64,000 bases of DNA, taken from contig JACPSJ010000001.1 of the NCBI GenBank assembly GCA_016193315.1, positions 599,478 to 663,477 on the forward strand. The letters run 5' to 3'. A program made the translations under genes and the position numbers. Positions 1-9,765 of the stretch are shown piece by piece. Within the stretch, counting starts at the first letter, position 1; the number at the start of each line of letters is the position of its first letter. The DNA is from Candidatus Kerfeldbacteria bacterium (GTDB taxonomy: Bacteria; Patescibacteriota; Patescibacteriia; SBBC01; CAIJZX01). The notes beneath the pieces were generated by a model that had not been told where the DNA came from, did not search any database, and saw nothing but the letters and a program-made list of their open reading frames with translations.

Positions 1-145
1 GACTGACTCTAGATACGGATCCAGCTCATCCGCCCCATGGATCACGTGGGACCACAGCGGATGGAGAGACCCCCTGGTCACGTTGGTAACGTGGCCAAGC
101 TGAGTTTTGTCCATGGGGAACCTCCCGGTACTTCGTTCCGGATGC

Positions 146-895
146 CTACCGGCGTGTGATGGTGGAAGTGATAGCCAAGGTGTCGCTGTTGTACCGTTCG
201 GCGGAGATCGCTTGGCCGCTCGGTTGGTAGATCTTCAGCGACGGGCGGTCGAGGGCGATGATGGTTGCCAACGTGCCGGACCCGCACGAGCTTTCGTAGA
301 AGAACGAATCGATCTCTCGCACCCAGACGACCGGGTGGATAGCCACCGCCGGGTCGCGGAATTCGACCCAGATCATGCCGACTGCGGCCCGATCTTGAAG
401 CGCCAGCGCCTGGACGGCCTGGCCGTGGAGATGCTGATAGTAGGCCTTGTCGTTTCGGAACGGGACCGTCGGCGGCAGCACGACGTGCACAATCCCACCG
501 AGATCGACCAGTGTGGCCTCGATCTGCTGGAACTTGACCGGTCGCCGTTGGTACCGGTATCGCGGAAACTCACCGCGCACGAGGTTGCCGTTGACGACAT
601 AACGCACCGTGCCATCGTAGCCAGAGATCGTAAACGTCCCCTCGTTCCGACCCGTCTGTTCGCTGATCAGGAGGGCGGCCACGCGCGCGGCGTTGCCGCA
701 GAACTCACCGCCGCTCATCTGGAGGTGGGTCGTACCTTCGAGAAAACCGAACTGTTCGATCGTCGGGTCCGCCGCCATATGCCGCTTGGCTTCTTCGCCA
801 TAGCGACCGCGATGTCGATCATCCGGGTAGCAAATAACGCCGGTCGGATTGCCACCGGCAGCCAGCACGACTTGAAGCTGCTGTTCGCCAATCAT
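146..895 (-). CDS. DapF-fold amino-acid racemase/epimerase, CntK (histidine racemase)-like
   Basis: Motifs GGNPT, EQFGF, HLQMSGGEFCGNA and ESSCGSGT give the two catalytic Cys of the DapF/CntK fold. ATG at 895 has a GAGAGG RBS; the ORF track extends to 994. Confidence 0.7.
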   Translation of the reverse strand: MIGEQQLQVVLAAGGNPTGVICYPDDRHRGRYGEEAKRHMAADPTIEQFGFLEGTTHLQMSGGEFCGNAARVAALLISEQTGRNEGTFTISGYDGTVRYVVNGNLVRGEFPRYRYQRRPVKFQQIEATLVDLGGIVHVVLPPTVPFRNDKAYYQHLHGQAVQALALQDRAAVGMIWVEFRDPAVAIHPVVWVREIDSFFYESSCGSGTLATIIALDRPSLKIYQPSGQAISAERYNSDTLAITSTITRR

Positions 896-1063
896 GACGT
901 CCTCTCGTTGGTTGCTCAGGAGGCTCCTGAGGTATGTTTGGAATTCAAGGTACTCCTTAAGTAGGGTTAGAGCAACACTAACAAAACTGGGCAAGACGTC
1001 AAGCTAGCCTTGTGGATTTGCCTTTTTTTCGCTAAGGTGTGCTCACCGGCGGCAGCTCCCCGT

Positions 1064-1771
1064 ATGACCCAAGATCGCGACTATAAAAACAATATCCTGC
1101 ACTTGCGCGACACCTCAAAGGTGCCAACGCAGGAGAACGGTGAATCGATGGTCCGGCTCCCGGCAGACATTCTCCGCCTGCAGTATGCGAAAACCGACAT
1201 GGTCCCCTTGTTAGGACATGACATGTTTGTCCGTCGACGCGTGGCGGAGAAGTTGATCGCTATCCAGCGGAGACTTGAGGCGCAAGATTCTCCTTACCAG
1301 CTCCACATCGTTTATGCCTACCGGGCTCCGGCAGTCCAAGCCAGATATTTCCAACGCGCGCTAAACCAGGTCCAGTCAGCCAATCAATCGCTGCCCCTGG
1401 AGGAGCAAATTGAACTGGCCCACAGCATGGCCGCCCACCCCAAGGTAGCAGGCCATCCTACCGGCGGGGCAGTTGACATCACGCTCTGGAATCGCGGCCC
1501 GCAGCTGCCCGTCGACATGGGATCGGATATTGCAGAATATGGCGACCCGGCCTATACATATTACCCGCATTTGACGAATGAGCGTCAAAAGCACCGTCAG
1601 TATTTGCAGGACCTGATGGTGGCTGAGCAGTTTGCTCCCTTCCTCGGAGAATGGTGGCACTTCAGCTACGGCGACAAAGAATGGGCTGCTTACTATCGCC
1701 AGCCAGCGGCCAGGTACGGACCTTTAGAGCTTGAGCGGGTCAAGCAATTCGTTCGGGTGTCCAGGTCCTAA
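1064..1771 (+). CDS. M15D D-alanyl-D-alanine dipeptidase (VanX/DdpX-like)
   Basis: YRAPAVQ, HPTGGAVDITL and EWWHF motifs; ATG at 1064. Confidence 0.85.
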   Translation: MTQDRDYKNNILHLRDTSKVPTQENGESMVRLPADILRLQYAKTDMVPLLGHDMFVRRRVAEKLIAIQRRLEAQDSPYQLHIVYAYRAPAVQARYFQRALNQVQSANQSLPLEEQIELAHSMAAHPKVAGHPTGGAVDITLWNRGPQLPVDMGSDIAEYGDPAYTYYPHLTNERQKHRQYLQDLMVAEQFAPFLGEWWHFSYGDKEWAAYYRQPAARYGPLELERVKQFVRVSRS

Positions 1772-1777
1772 CTCGGT

Positions 1778-3352
1778 CTAACGCATCGGCCCGGTCGCCG
1801 ATACGACTGTCTCAGTTAGGGCTCCCGATCGCACGACCGCCACCGCCTGTTCCAGGTCGGGATACAAAACCCGGTCCCGCTCAAGCATTGACACGTGTCG
1901 CCGCAACAGCTCGTACGCGGCCCTAGTCCCCCGACCGAGCTTCTTACTGCCGCGCAGGTCGACGGCCTGGGCGGCCGTCAGCCACTCGATGGCCAAGACC
2001 TGTTCCACATTGCTGATAATATCGCGACACTTGCGTACCGCGATCGCCCCCATGCTGACGTGGTCTTCCTGATTGGCTGAAGTTGGAATCGAGTCGACGC
2101 TGGCCGGATGGGTCAAGATTTTGTTCTCCGAGACCAGGGCCGCGGCGGTGTACTGAGTAATCATGAAGCCATTGGACAACCCGGCCTGTGTCGGCGGGAT
2201 CAGAAAGGCGGGCAGACCTTCGTTTGTCGCCGGATCAACCAGCTTGGCGATCCGCCGTTCGCTGATATCGGCGAGTTCGGCCATGGCGATGCCGAGGTAG
2301 TCCGCGGTCAACGCCAACGGTTCGCCATGGAAGTTCCCGCCCGACAAGACCCGCTCCCGGTCGGCGAAAATAAGCGGATTATCCGTCGCCGCATTCAATT
2401 CGCGCTGGAGCACATCGGCCGCGTGCGTAACCGCGTCGCGGATCGCGCCGTGGACTTGCGGCAGGCAGCGCAGCGTGTACGAATCCTGAATTCGTGGCCA
2501 GTCTGGGTCGCGAGCTACTTCCTCGCTTCCCTCGGTCAACCGGCGGATGTTCTCGGCACTGACGGCATGGCCGGGGTGGGGCCGGAGGTTCGCAAACTCC
2601 TCGCGAGCGGCCACGACTGAGCCCTGCATCGCTTCCATGGTCAGTGCGCCGATGATGTCGGCCACCCACAACAGCTGGCGCGCACGATCAAGATTCAGGC
2701 TTTGGACGGCGGACATAAAGGCGGTGCCATTCGTCAAGGCCAGCCCTTCTTTGGCTTCCAATTGAACAGCGGTGGTGCCAGACGATTGCATGACAGCTTT
2801 GGCCGACTGACGTTGGCCATCAACAACCACCTCTCCCTCGCCCATCATGACGAGCGCCACGTGTGCCAGCGGCGCGAGATCGCCGCTCGCGCCAACGGAG
2901 CCCTGCTCCGGGACGAACGGGTGGACACCGTGATTGAGCATCCGGAGCAAGGTCTCAATCACCAGCGGCCGGACCCCGGAATACCCTTTGGCTAAGGAGT
3001 TAGCCCGGATCAGCATCATCGCCCGCACTTCCGGCACGGACAGCGCCGGGCCGACGCCGACCGCATGGCTACGGATGAGGTTGGCCTGCAGTTCCTTGAC
3101 GTGATCCGGCTCGATCCTCACCTTCTTAAAGTTCCCAAAACCAGTGGTCACGCCGTATACGACCCGTCGTTCGGCGATCAAGCGCTCAACAAAAGCACGC
3201 GCCGCCTTAACGGCGGCGACGGAATGTTCTGCCAGTTGGACTTTCGCATGGTGTCGGGATACCTCAATCACCTCGGCCAGCTGGAGCGATGAGCCATCAA
3301 TTGTGATTGCCGGTTGCGGTTTCATCAGCGGTTTGAATGATATCTCCGCCAT
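1778..3352 (-). CDS. hutH: Histidine ammonia-lyase
   Basis: YGVTTGFG, GSVGASGDL (MIO-forming ASG), NLIRSHA (SH specificity pair of HALs), GGNFHGEP, NQEDHVSMG. Confidence 0.93.
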   Translation of the reverse strand: MAEISFKPLMKPQPAITIDGSSLQLAEVIEVSRHHAKVQLAEHSVAAVKAARAFVERLIAERRVVYGVTTGFGNFKKVRIEPDHVKELQANLIRSHAVGVGPALSVPEVRAMMLIRANSLAKGYSGVRPLVIETLLRMLNHGVHPFVPEQGSVGASGDLAPLAHVALVMMGEGEVVVDGQRQSAKAVMQSSGTTAVQLEAKEGLALTNGTAFMSAVQSLNLDRARQLLWVADIIGALTMEAMQGSVVAAREEFANLRPHPGHAVSAENIRRLTEGSEEVARDPDWPRIQDSYTLRCLPQVHGAIRDAVTHAADVLQRELNAATDNPLIFADRERVLSGGNFHGEPLALTADYLGIAMAELADISERRIAKLVDPATNEGLPAFLIPPTQAGLSNGFMITQYTAAALVSENKILTHPASVDSIPTSANQEDHVSMGAIAVRKCRDIISNVEQVLAIEWLTAAQAVDLRGSKKLGRGTRAAYELLRRHVSMLERDRVLYPDLEQAVAVVRSGALTETVVSATGPMR

Positions 3353-3466
3353 CGGCGCCCGTCAACGTCGCGCCATGAGAGGTTTGCTGCCGGCTGGCCG
3401 GCATTAATCTGGTTGTGAGCTTGATGCCCCTTGTCTCTAACGGGGCGGCGGGCTCAGAAAAGAAAA

Positions 3467-6319
3467 CTACACTCGTTTCGTTGACCCCACATGCGCCGCC
3501 GCCTCCCGACCGGAGGGCTGGAGCGTTTCGGTCGGCACGGTCAGCGGCAAGGTGAACTGAAACGTACTCCCCTTCCCCTCGCCCTCGGACTCAGCCCAGA
3601 TCCGACCGCCATGGGAGTCGATGATCGATTTGGCGATGAACAGCCCGAGGCCGGATCCGTCGGGCTGGATTTGGGCGATGCCGCTGCCGCGGACAAATTT
3701 GTTGAACAGTTCCGGCGCATCTTGCTTGCGGATGCCGATGCCGGTGTCCTTGACCGAGAAGCGGATCGTGCCGTCGGATACTTCCGCCCCAACGCTGATA
3801 CTCCCCTTCTCCGTATACTTGATGGCATTGTCGATCAGGTTGAGAATGACGTCTTGGAGCTTGTCGGCGTCAGCAAATACTTGCGGTAGTTTCGTTTTTG
3901 GCAGCTTGGTGATGATCTTCAAACCTTTGTCCACGGCGACCTTGCGAACCTCATCGATTTCTTTGGTAATCAAATCTTCCAGCTGCACCGGTGCTTTCTG
4001 ATAGGTAAACTTACCAGCTTCGATCTTGGAGACGTTGAGGAACTGGTTGATCAGCCGGATCATCCGGTCGGATTCAGACAGGAGATTCTGCAAAATGTCG
4101 ATGTGTTTCGGTTCCATCTTCCCGAAATCCCCCTGCGTCATCATCGACAAGTAGCCTTTGATGCCGGTCATCGGCGTTCGCAGCTGGTGCGAGGCGATCG
4201 AGACGAATTCGGATTTGGCCCGGTCGAGTTCCTTGAGGTGCTCGTTCGCTACTTCGAGTTGTTCGTTCGTTCGGCGAAGCTGGTCGAACAGCTTCAGGTT
4301 GCGGGCCACAACGCCAAGTTCGTCAGCCACCGACTGCATGGTCCCGAGTTCCTGCGGCGTAATCGCTTCTTTCGGTTTTTTCGTCCCGACCTCGATGACG
4401 CCGATGACGTTCCCTTCAGACACCACCGGCACCACGGCTAACGACTTGATGCCGACCACTTTTTGAATGGTGGCGGCCAGAATCTTCGGCAGCGGCGGGC
4501 AGACGATGTCGCTGACTTTCTCGGTCAGCTTGATCTGGCCGGTGCGGAGCACCTCGGCCTCCAGGTTCGTGTACTTCGGGTCGCTGAGGTCTGAGGTGTA
4601 TTCGGAGAAATGTTTCGGCAGGAGCCGCAGCGCCCGGCGGGTCAGGGTCGTTTCGGTGATGGCCCGGGCCCGGGTGGTGCGACCATCGTCATCGATAAAG
4701 ACGAGAATGGCGCCGAGGTAACCGAGCTCGGTGGCCACGGAATCGGCGATCTGCTGAACAACTTTGTTGAAGTCGAGCGTCCGGGTGATCTCCTTCGTCA
4801 AGTGCTGCAGGGTTTCGAGCGACACGTTTCGCTGACGGAGCTCGCCGGTAGCTTGCTCAACCTTAACTTTCAAGCTTTCGCTGAACTGCCTGACTTCCTC
4901 GAACAGATTGGCTTTTTGGATGGACGAACCGATCTGCGGCGACAGCACTTCGAGCAGTTGAAGATCATCGTTCGAAAAGCTGTCGCCGGAGAGTTTTTGG
5001 CCCAAGGTTAAAATAGCAATCAGCTTGCCCTGGGCGAAAATGGGGGCTACGAGTGCTGCGCCCATTCGTTCAAACTCTTCCTTTGACGCTACCAGCGGCT
5101 GGCGCTTATCTTCTGACGTGTCTTCGATCTTCCGCTCAAGAGATTCGATGAGCGACAGGTGTTCGTGCGCCCGGAGGAATTTGATCAGCGGGCTGTCGGC
5201 GCGAACGCTGAGGTTCGGGTTGTCCCGCAGCCGGTCGAAGAGGGCATCGAATTTCTCCGGGCCGTGATCGTTGCCGCGGCGGAGGAGGATGGCGGCCGCT
5301 TTGAGTTTCAAATCTTGCTGCAAGGTGGTTTCGAGTTTGGAAATGAGGACGGTCAAGTTAAGTTCAACGCTCAGGATTTCGGACAACGACCGCAGCACGG
5401 CTTGGTAGTTGACTTTGGCCTTGAAGAAGACTTTGTCCGTCACCCGCGACAGCCAGACTTTGAAAGGGTCGAGGCCGAAAACGATCAGGATGGCAACCAG
5501 GAAAGCGATGGTGTTGCGGCTGGCCGGAGTAGCGCCGAAGAATTGGGCCGAGGCGAACAGCACGAAAATGAATAGCAGGGCCACCAGAGTAACGAGAACA
5601 CCATATACCAGTGATCTTGTGACTATTAGTCTAATATCAAGAAGCCTGTGACGAACAATCGCGTACCCCGTAAGAGCCAAGAAGACCAAAACAGAATCTG
5701 AACCTACAGCGCTAAGTTCCTGTATCCCAATTGCGGGTAGCAAGATATTTGTGATTACAGAAATCGAAGCTGATATTGCGAGACCTAACAACAAATATCT
5801 TACCTGTAATTTGCTTATGCCTTTCGTTCGCCGATGAGTTTGGAAGATTCTGAAGAAGAACGTTACAAAGTAACCAATCAAGTACAGGGCGAATATCGGA
5901 TAGGCTCTTCCGTAGATGAACTCGGTGATGTCGGGCTGGAGACGCACTTCTCTCACGAGTAGTTGGGATGGTATGACAAACAGAAATAGTAGGGTTGGAA
6001 AATATAATGCGGCTATCCTCTTCCTCCCCAATCTAGTCCCCCACGGGAAGATCAACCCGAAATGCAGGAGCAGGGCTGGCATGATGATCGGACCGACAAA
6101 TACAATCTTACTGAGAATGAGTGCTGATGATGGACTTGTTGCACGGTCAACCAAGAAAGTCGAGCCGATCCAAAATCCCATGAATAGGGTGAGGAGTCCG
6201 AAGACAACTCCTTCTTCCGATTTGCGCCGCTGGATTAGAACATAGGCGCCAATAATAAGACACGCCACAACGGCGACCGCGGATAATAAGGAGATGGCGG
6301 AAAGTTCTAACTTGACCAA
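3467..6319 (-). CDS. Sensor histidine kinase: N-terminal 7TM sensor, two GAF-like domains, HisKA and HATPase
   Basis: Multi-TM N-terminus, SHQLRTP H-box, NLIDNAIKY N-box, DTGIG and GSGLGL G-boxes. TTG start overlaps the upstream ThiF gene end. Confidence 0.92.
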   Translation of the reverse strand: MVKLELSAISLLSAVAVVACLIIGAYVLIQRRKSEEGVVFGLLTLFMGFWIGSTFLVDRATSPSSALILSKIVFVGPIIMPALLLHFGLIFPWGTRLGRKRIAALYFPTLLFLFVIPSQLLVREVRLQPDITEFIYGRAYPIFALYLIGYFVTFFFRIFQTHRRTKGISKLQVRYLLLGLAISASISVITNILLPAIGIQELSAVGSDSVLVFLALTGYAIVRHRLLDIRLIVTRSLVYGVLVTLVALLFIFVLFASAQFFGATPASRNTIAFLVAILIVFGLDPFKVWLSRVTDKVFFKAKVNYQAVLRSLSEILSVELNLTVLISKLETTLQQDLKLKAAAILLRRGNDHGPEKFDALFDRLRDNPNLSVRADSPLIKFLRAHEHLSLIESLERKIEDTSEDKRQPLVASKEEFERMGAALVAPIFAQGKLIAILTLGQKLSGDSFSNDDLQLLEVLSPQIGSSIQKANLFEEVRQFSESLKVKVEQATGELRQRNVSLETLQHLTKEITRTLDFNKVVQQIADSVATELGYLGAILVFIDDDGRTTRARAITETTLTRRALRLLPKHFSEYTSDLSDPKYTNLEAEVLRTGQIKLTEKVSDIVCPPLPKILAATIQKVVGIKSLAVVPVVSEGNVIGVIEVGTKKPKEAITPQELGTMQSVADELGVVARNLKLFDQLRRTNEQLEVANEHLKELDRAKSEFVSIASHQLRTPMTGIKGYLSMMTQGDFGKMEPKHIDILQNLLSESDRMIRLINQFLNVSKIEAGKFTYQKAPVQLEDLITKEIDEVRKVAVDKGLKIITKLPKTKLPQVFADADKLQDVILNLIDNAIKYTEKGSISVGAEVSDGTIRFSVKDTGIGIRKQDAPELFNKFVRGSGIAQIQPDGSGLGLFIAKSIIDSHGGRIWAESEGEGKGSTFQFTLPLTVPTETLQPSGREAAAHVGSTKRV

Positions 6320-7062
6320 ACTGCCTCCAGATCTACAGCTAGGTTTCTGGGGAACATTGGCAATCGATTGCCGGAGACCGCCCTTAACAGGACGAAGACT
6401 GCTAGGGCAGCAGTCAGTTCAGCTGCAATCCCAACCTGAGGTGTGTGTATCAACTTGCTCGTTCCCATTTGCTTAAATATTTTTGCGAAGTATTTAGGCA
6501 ATTTGTAGCGGCCACGCGTTTTGGACAGCAGAAGCCGAAAACCATGGATCTCGTCCGGAGATTCATGTTCCTTACGGAACATGCGGACATTGTTTTCATC
6601 AAAGACAGTTACGACGGATCCAAAACCAACATTAAGCGGGACGACTGCAATTTTCTTTCTTTCGGAGACAATCTCAAGAACTTCGAAAAACCCTCTAGAA
6701 AAATCGGCAGTATTGATAATTACGTTCGCCGCGCCCGCCACTCTTAGAATCTCACTTTTCATGGAAACGTATCTTCTAAAAACCTTGACTTGAGCCTGCG
6801 GGTTAATTGCCTTAATACGTCTTTTCAGTGAGCTGACCTTGGGCTTACCTAAGTCCCTGTGGTCAAACTCCTGCCTATTGAGATTACTTTTTTCCACCAT
6901 ATCACCGTCCACCAACACAAAATGTCGAAATCCAGTTCGTGCCGCCAGTACTGCGATGTTGCCACCCAACCCGCAACCCACAAAACAAAGCTTGAACTTT
7001 CCGAGCTTTTCCCCAAGACTCCTGCCAATAATCGGGATGTTTCGCAAAAAAAGGTGGTTCAT
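6307..7062 (-). CDS. ThiF/MoeB/E1-like adenylyltransferase
   Basis: VGCGLGG nucleotide-binding loop, DGDMVEKSNLNRQ, GKPKV, INP motifs. No MoeB CxxC zinc pairs are visible. Confidence 0.85.
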   Translation of the reverse strand: MNHLFLRNIPIIGRSLGEKLGKFKLCFVGCGLGGNIAVLAARTGFRHFVLVDGDMVEKSNLNRQEFDHRDLGKPKVSSLKRRIKAINPQAQVKVFRRYVSMKSEILRVAGAANVIINTADFSRGFFEVLEIVSERKKIAVVPLNVGFGSVVTVFDENNVRMFRKEHESPDEIHGFRLLLSKTRGRYKLPKYFAKIFKQMGTSKLIHTPQVGIAAELTAALAVFVLLRAVSGNRLPMFPRNLAVDLEAVWSS

Positions 7063-7764
7063 CTAGTGAGGCGCATACTTATAGTCTTTGCCGTGTGCAT
7101 GCATTGAACCGTTTGAGAGGAACTTCAGCAATGATGCATTCCTTTCAACCATTTGTTCTTCCAACTCATTTACATGAATTAGGTACGGAGCCGTGATGCC
7201 CTGGTAGATCTTTGGCTTTCCAATTCTCTTAAATGGAATTCCGAGCTCTTCCAAATTGGGCGTCAAACGATCATCAAGCACGCAAAACACGTCGTTGATC
7301 GCCTGCTCCTTCACCAGGAGATAAATACCTTTTATCAGAACTAGTAAAAGATGCCTCCTGCGGTAGTTTCTCGCTACTATGAGTCTCGAGATTTCCGCTA
7401 CCGACGTGTCTCTAGGGATCTTGTAGTCTAAATCGAAATTGTTACTTATGGGTAGTCCGATCTCTGAACCAATAATTAACCTAGCAGTTGCTCCAAGAAC
7501 CCCGGACTTATGCCTGACAACCAAGTGGAAAGAATGGTTGTCGTACTGATCCTTTTCACGCTTGTCAGGATTTTTTTTTGCGTCTAGATAATGATACTCT
7601 TCACAGTAAACTTTGTATCTTATTCGATGTAACTCATCCAACTCCTCTACGTCTGAGGTTGTGTAAAAGGAAAAACTCTTGTAGACGCTGCGCTCCGCCA
7701 AGGCTAATTTTATCCTTCCAAGAAAGGGGGTTCGGATTAATGCTTCTAAAAAAAATGAAGGCAT
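7063..7764 (-). CDS. LuxI/FeeM-like GNAT acyltransferase (N-acyl amino acid or autoinducer synthase family)
   Basis: RIRYKVYCEE, EKDQYD, ATARLI, LP and AEISRL match the acyl-HSL/N-acyl amino acid synthase signature. Confidence 0.75.
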   Translation of the reverse strand: MPSFFLEALIRTPFLGRIKLALAERSVYKSFSFYTTSDVEELDELHRIRYKVYCEEYHYLDAKKNPDKREKDQYDNHSFHLVVRHKSGVLGATARLIIGSEIGLPISNNFDLDYKIPRDTSVAEISRLIVARNYRRRHLLLVLIKGIYLLVKEQAINDVFCVLDDRLTPNLEELGIPFKRIGKPKIYQGITAPYLIHVNELEEQMVERNASLLKFLSNGSMHAHGKDYKYAPH

Positions 7765-7766
7765 TT

Positions 7767-8444
7767 CTACTTCTTCAGGATGATGTAGGTTGTACTACCA
7801 ACCCAGAAGACTGAAAAAACGACGGAAATTAGTGGGTTCACACTAATTTCGTAAAAGACCGCCCACAGATTGAGACTTATCGCCGGGAGGCCGCCTAAGA
7901 CAACTCCCAACAAGAAAATTCGGGCGTTATTCTTCTGGAATCCACCAACAACTCTTTGTTTGTAAAACAACAATACTACGCTTGCGAAATAAAATGCTGA
8001 AACCACAAGTTGGTAGACCCCGAACATCGGGCCGGGTATCGGCCACCCGGCGATATTCGAGTTGACATTGTAGCCGCTGAAAATAGTTGATGTGAAAATA
8101 GCAACCAGGCTCAGAATGAAGGCCGGAAAATAAAGGAGTACTGCGTGTAGCTTGTCAAAAGTGAACGTTTTGTACGGGAAAAGAATAGCGAGGTGAACTA
8201 AACTTGTAACAATCACTGCTCCTGAAACAAACAAAACTTTAAGGAAGAGAGTAACCGTCGCGCTTGGGTCAACATAAGACGTGAGGCCGTTGAGAATTGC
8301 CCATGCGGCTGTACTAAACGCCAACAACGCCATCACTTTCCGAATCTCCTGTTTTTGGTGAGTGACCCAAAAGAACACCGCAAGGGCTAATTCCCCCGTG
8401 CCAACGAGGTAGGTAAGACCCAAGAGAATATTTTTCCCAATCAT
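7767..8444 (-). CDS. Stand-alone 7TM protein resembling the histidine kinase N-terminal 7TM domain (copy 4)
   Basis: About 7 hydrophobic helices, FPY and LYFP motifs, YIILKK end. ATGA overlap at 8441-8444. Confidence 0.75.
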   Translation of the reverse strand: MIGKNILLGLTYLVGTGELALAVFFWVTHQKQEIRKVMALLAFSTAAWAILNGLTSYVDPSATVTLFLKVLFVSGAVIVTSLVHLAILFPYKTFTFDKLHAVLLYFPAFILSLVAIFTSTIFSGYNVNSNIAGWPIPGPMFGVYQLVVSAFYFASVVLLFYKQRVVGGFQKNNARIFLLGVVLGGLPAISLNLWAVFYEISVNPLISVVFSVFWVGSTTYIILKK

Positions 8445-9112
8445 GGTTGTATAATGATCCATGTTACTAGCCCTAACCAGACTCCGCTCAGTACAGGAGC
8501 AATCAGGGTCGCATAACTAACTTGGAAACCAAAATTAAAAACACTGAAAATCAAACCGGGAACGCCAGGAATCAGGATTGCGCTAAGAAGTTTTTTTAAA
8601 TGACGGTGGTGCACCCCATCGCTACGTCGGATTTTTTGAATTAATAAACCGACCGAGGTAAGAAGGGCCAGCGTAAAGAAAATGATGTACAAGGAATACA
8701 AATCACCAGGAATAATCTGTCCCGTCGTATCAGGGGTAAGTTTGTACCCTTGGATAAAATCATCAGAGATGAAAAAGCTATAACTTAGCATGGCCGCGGG
8801 CAGGTAGAGAAGTATGCGGTGAAATCCGTCGAGGCGAATGGTGGGAAATGGAAAAAGTATGACAACATGCACCAGGGCAGTGATAAGAAAAAAGCTCGCA
8901 ATAAAAACCCAGGGTAACAGCAGGTCAACTAAATGGGAAGGTTCGCGGTAGGATGTAAGAGCATTCAATACGACCCATGCGCCAATGAAGAATGCAAGAA
9001 ATGCCATCACCTTCCTAATCTCCTGTTTTTGGTGAGTGACCCAAAAGAAAACTGCAAGGATTAACTCCCCTATCCCAACAAGGTACGTTGCTGTTAGCAG
9101 GATCGTTTTCAT
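8441..9112 (-). CDS. Stand-alone 7TM sensor-like protein (copy 3)
   Basis: Shares TYLVGxGELxLAVFFWVTHQKQEIRKVMA with copy 4. ATGA overlap at 9109-9112. Confidence 0.75.
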   Translation of the reverse strand: MKTILLTATYLVGIGELILAVFFWVTHQKQEIRKVMAFLAFFIGAWVVLNALTSYREPSHLVDLLLPWVFIASFFLITALVHVVILFPFPTIRLDGFHRILLYLPAAMLSYSFFISDDFIQGYKLTPDTTGQIIPGDLYSLYIIFFTLALLTSVGLLIQKIRRSDGVHHRHLKKLLSAILIPGVPGLIFSVFNFGFQVSYATLIAPVLSGVWLGLVTWIIIQP

Positions 9113-9765
9113 TTCTTCAAAATAATGTAGCTCGTGAAGCCAAGCCAAATGGCCGAAAACAGAGAGCCGACATAGCCGATTTTACTGATGGCGACCAGGG
9201 GGTAAATGATGTCAAAAACAACCGACACGAGGAGGGACAGTCCGATACCGACTAAAATCATTTTTAGCATCCAGCGATGTTGCCCATCGCTTTTTGTAAA
9301 ACGGTAGACCAAGTTAGCAAGGGCCCAAATCCAGTAAGCAAAGAAAAAAATGAGCATGAACCAGAAATATGGGCCCGGCGAAGTCTGGTATCCTTTGATA
9401 TAGTCAATGACTCCGTTACCGCTCAAAAAAATACTAGTCCAGAAGATACCCGGGACAAAAACTGCTAACGGCCAAATAACATAAGGCAGGATTTCATTAA
9501 CCTTCTTTCTTGGTAATGGGAAGGTCCAACTGAACGGTAAAATGAAAATAGCGGTCATCAGGCCACCGAGCCAACCCATGCGCTCAGCGATGTAAAAGTT
9601 ATTTTGCATGTATCCCAAACCGTTAGAGGCAACGTAAAAGGAAATACCTAACGCAAACAACCCATACCACATGGTCGCCTGACTGCGTTGATAGCTAAAA
9701 ATCAGGTACAAGCCGAGGATGAATTCGGCCAAAGCGATAAGGAGAAGAATTATTCCAATGATCAT
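9109..9765 (-). CDS. Stand-alone 7TM sensor-like protein (copy 2)
   Basis: About 7 TM helices; YQRS, TFPLP, PGPYF and YIILKK motifs. ATGA overlap at 9762-9765. Confidence 0.75.
   Translation of the reverse strand: MIIGIILLLIALAEFILGLYLIFSYQRSQATMWYGLFALGISFYVASNGLGYMQNNFYIAERMGWLGGLMTAIFILPFSWTFPLPRKKVNEILPYVIWPLAVFVPGIFWTSIFLSGNGVIDYIKGYQTSPGPYFWFMLIFFFAYWIWALANLVYRFTKSDGQHRWMLKMILVGIGLSLLVSVVFDIIYPLVAISKIGYVGSLFSAIWLGFTSYIILKK

Noticed and set aside
107-964. 285-aa plus-strand ORF
   Set aside because: Antisense shadow of the racemase gene, which carries the recognisable motifs.
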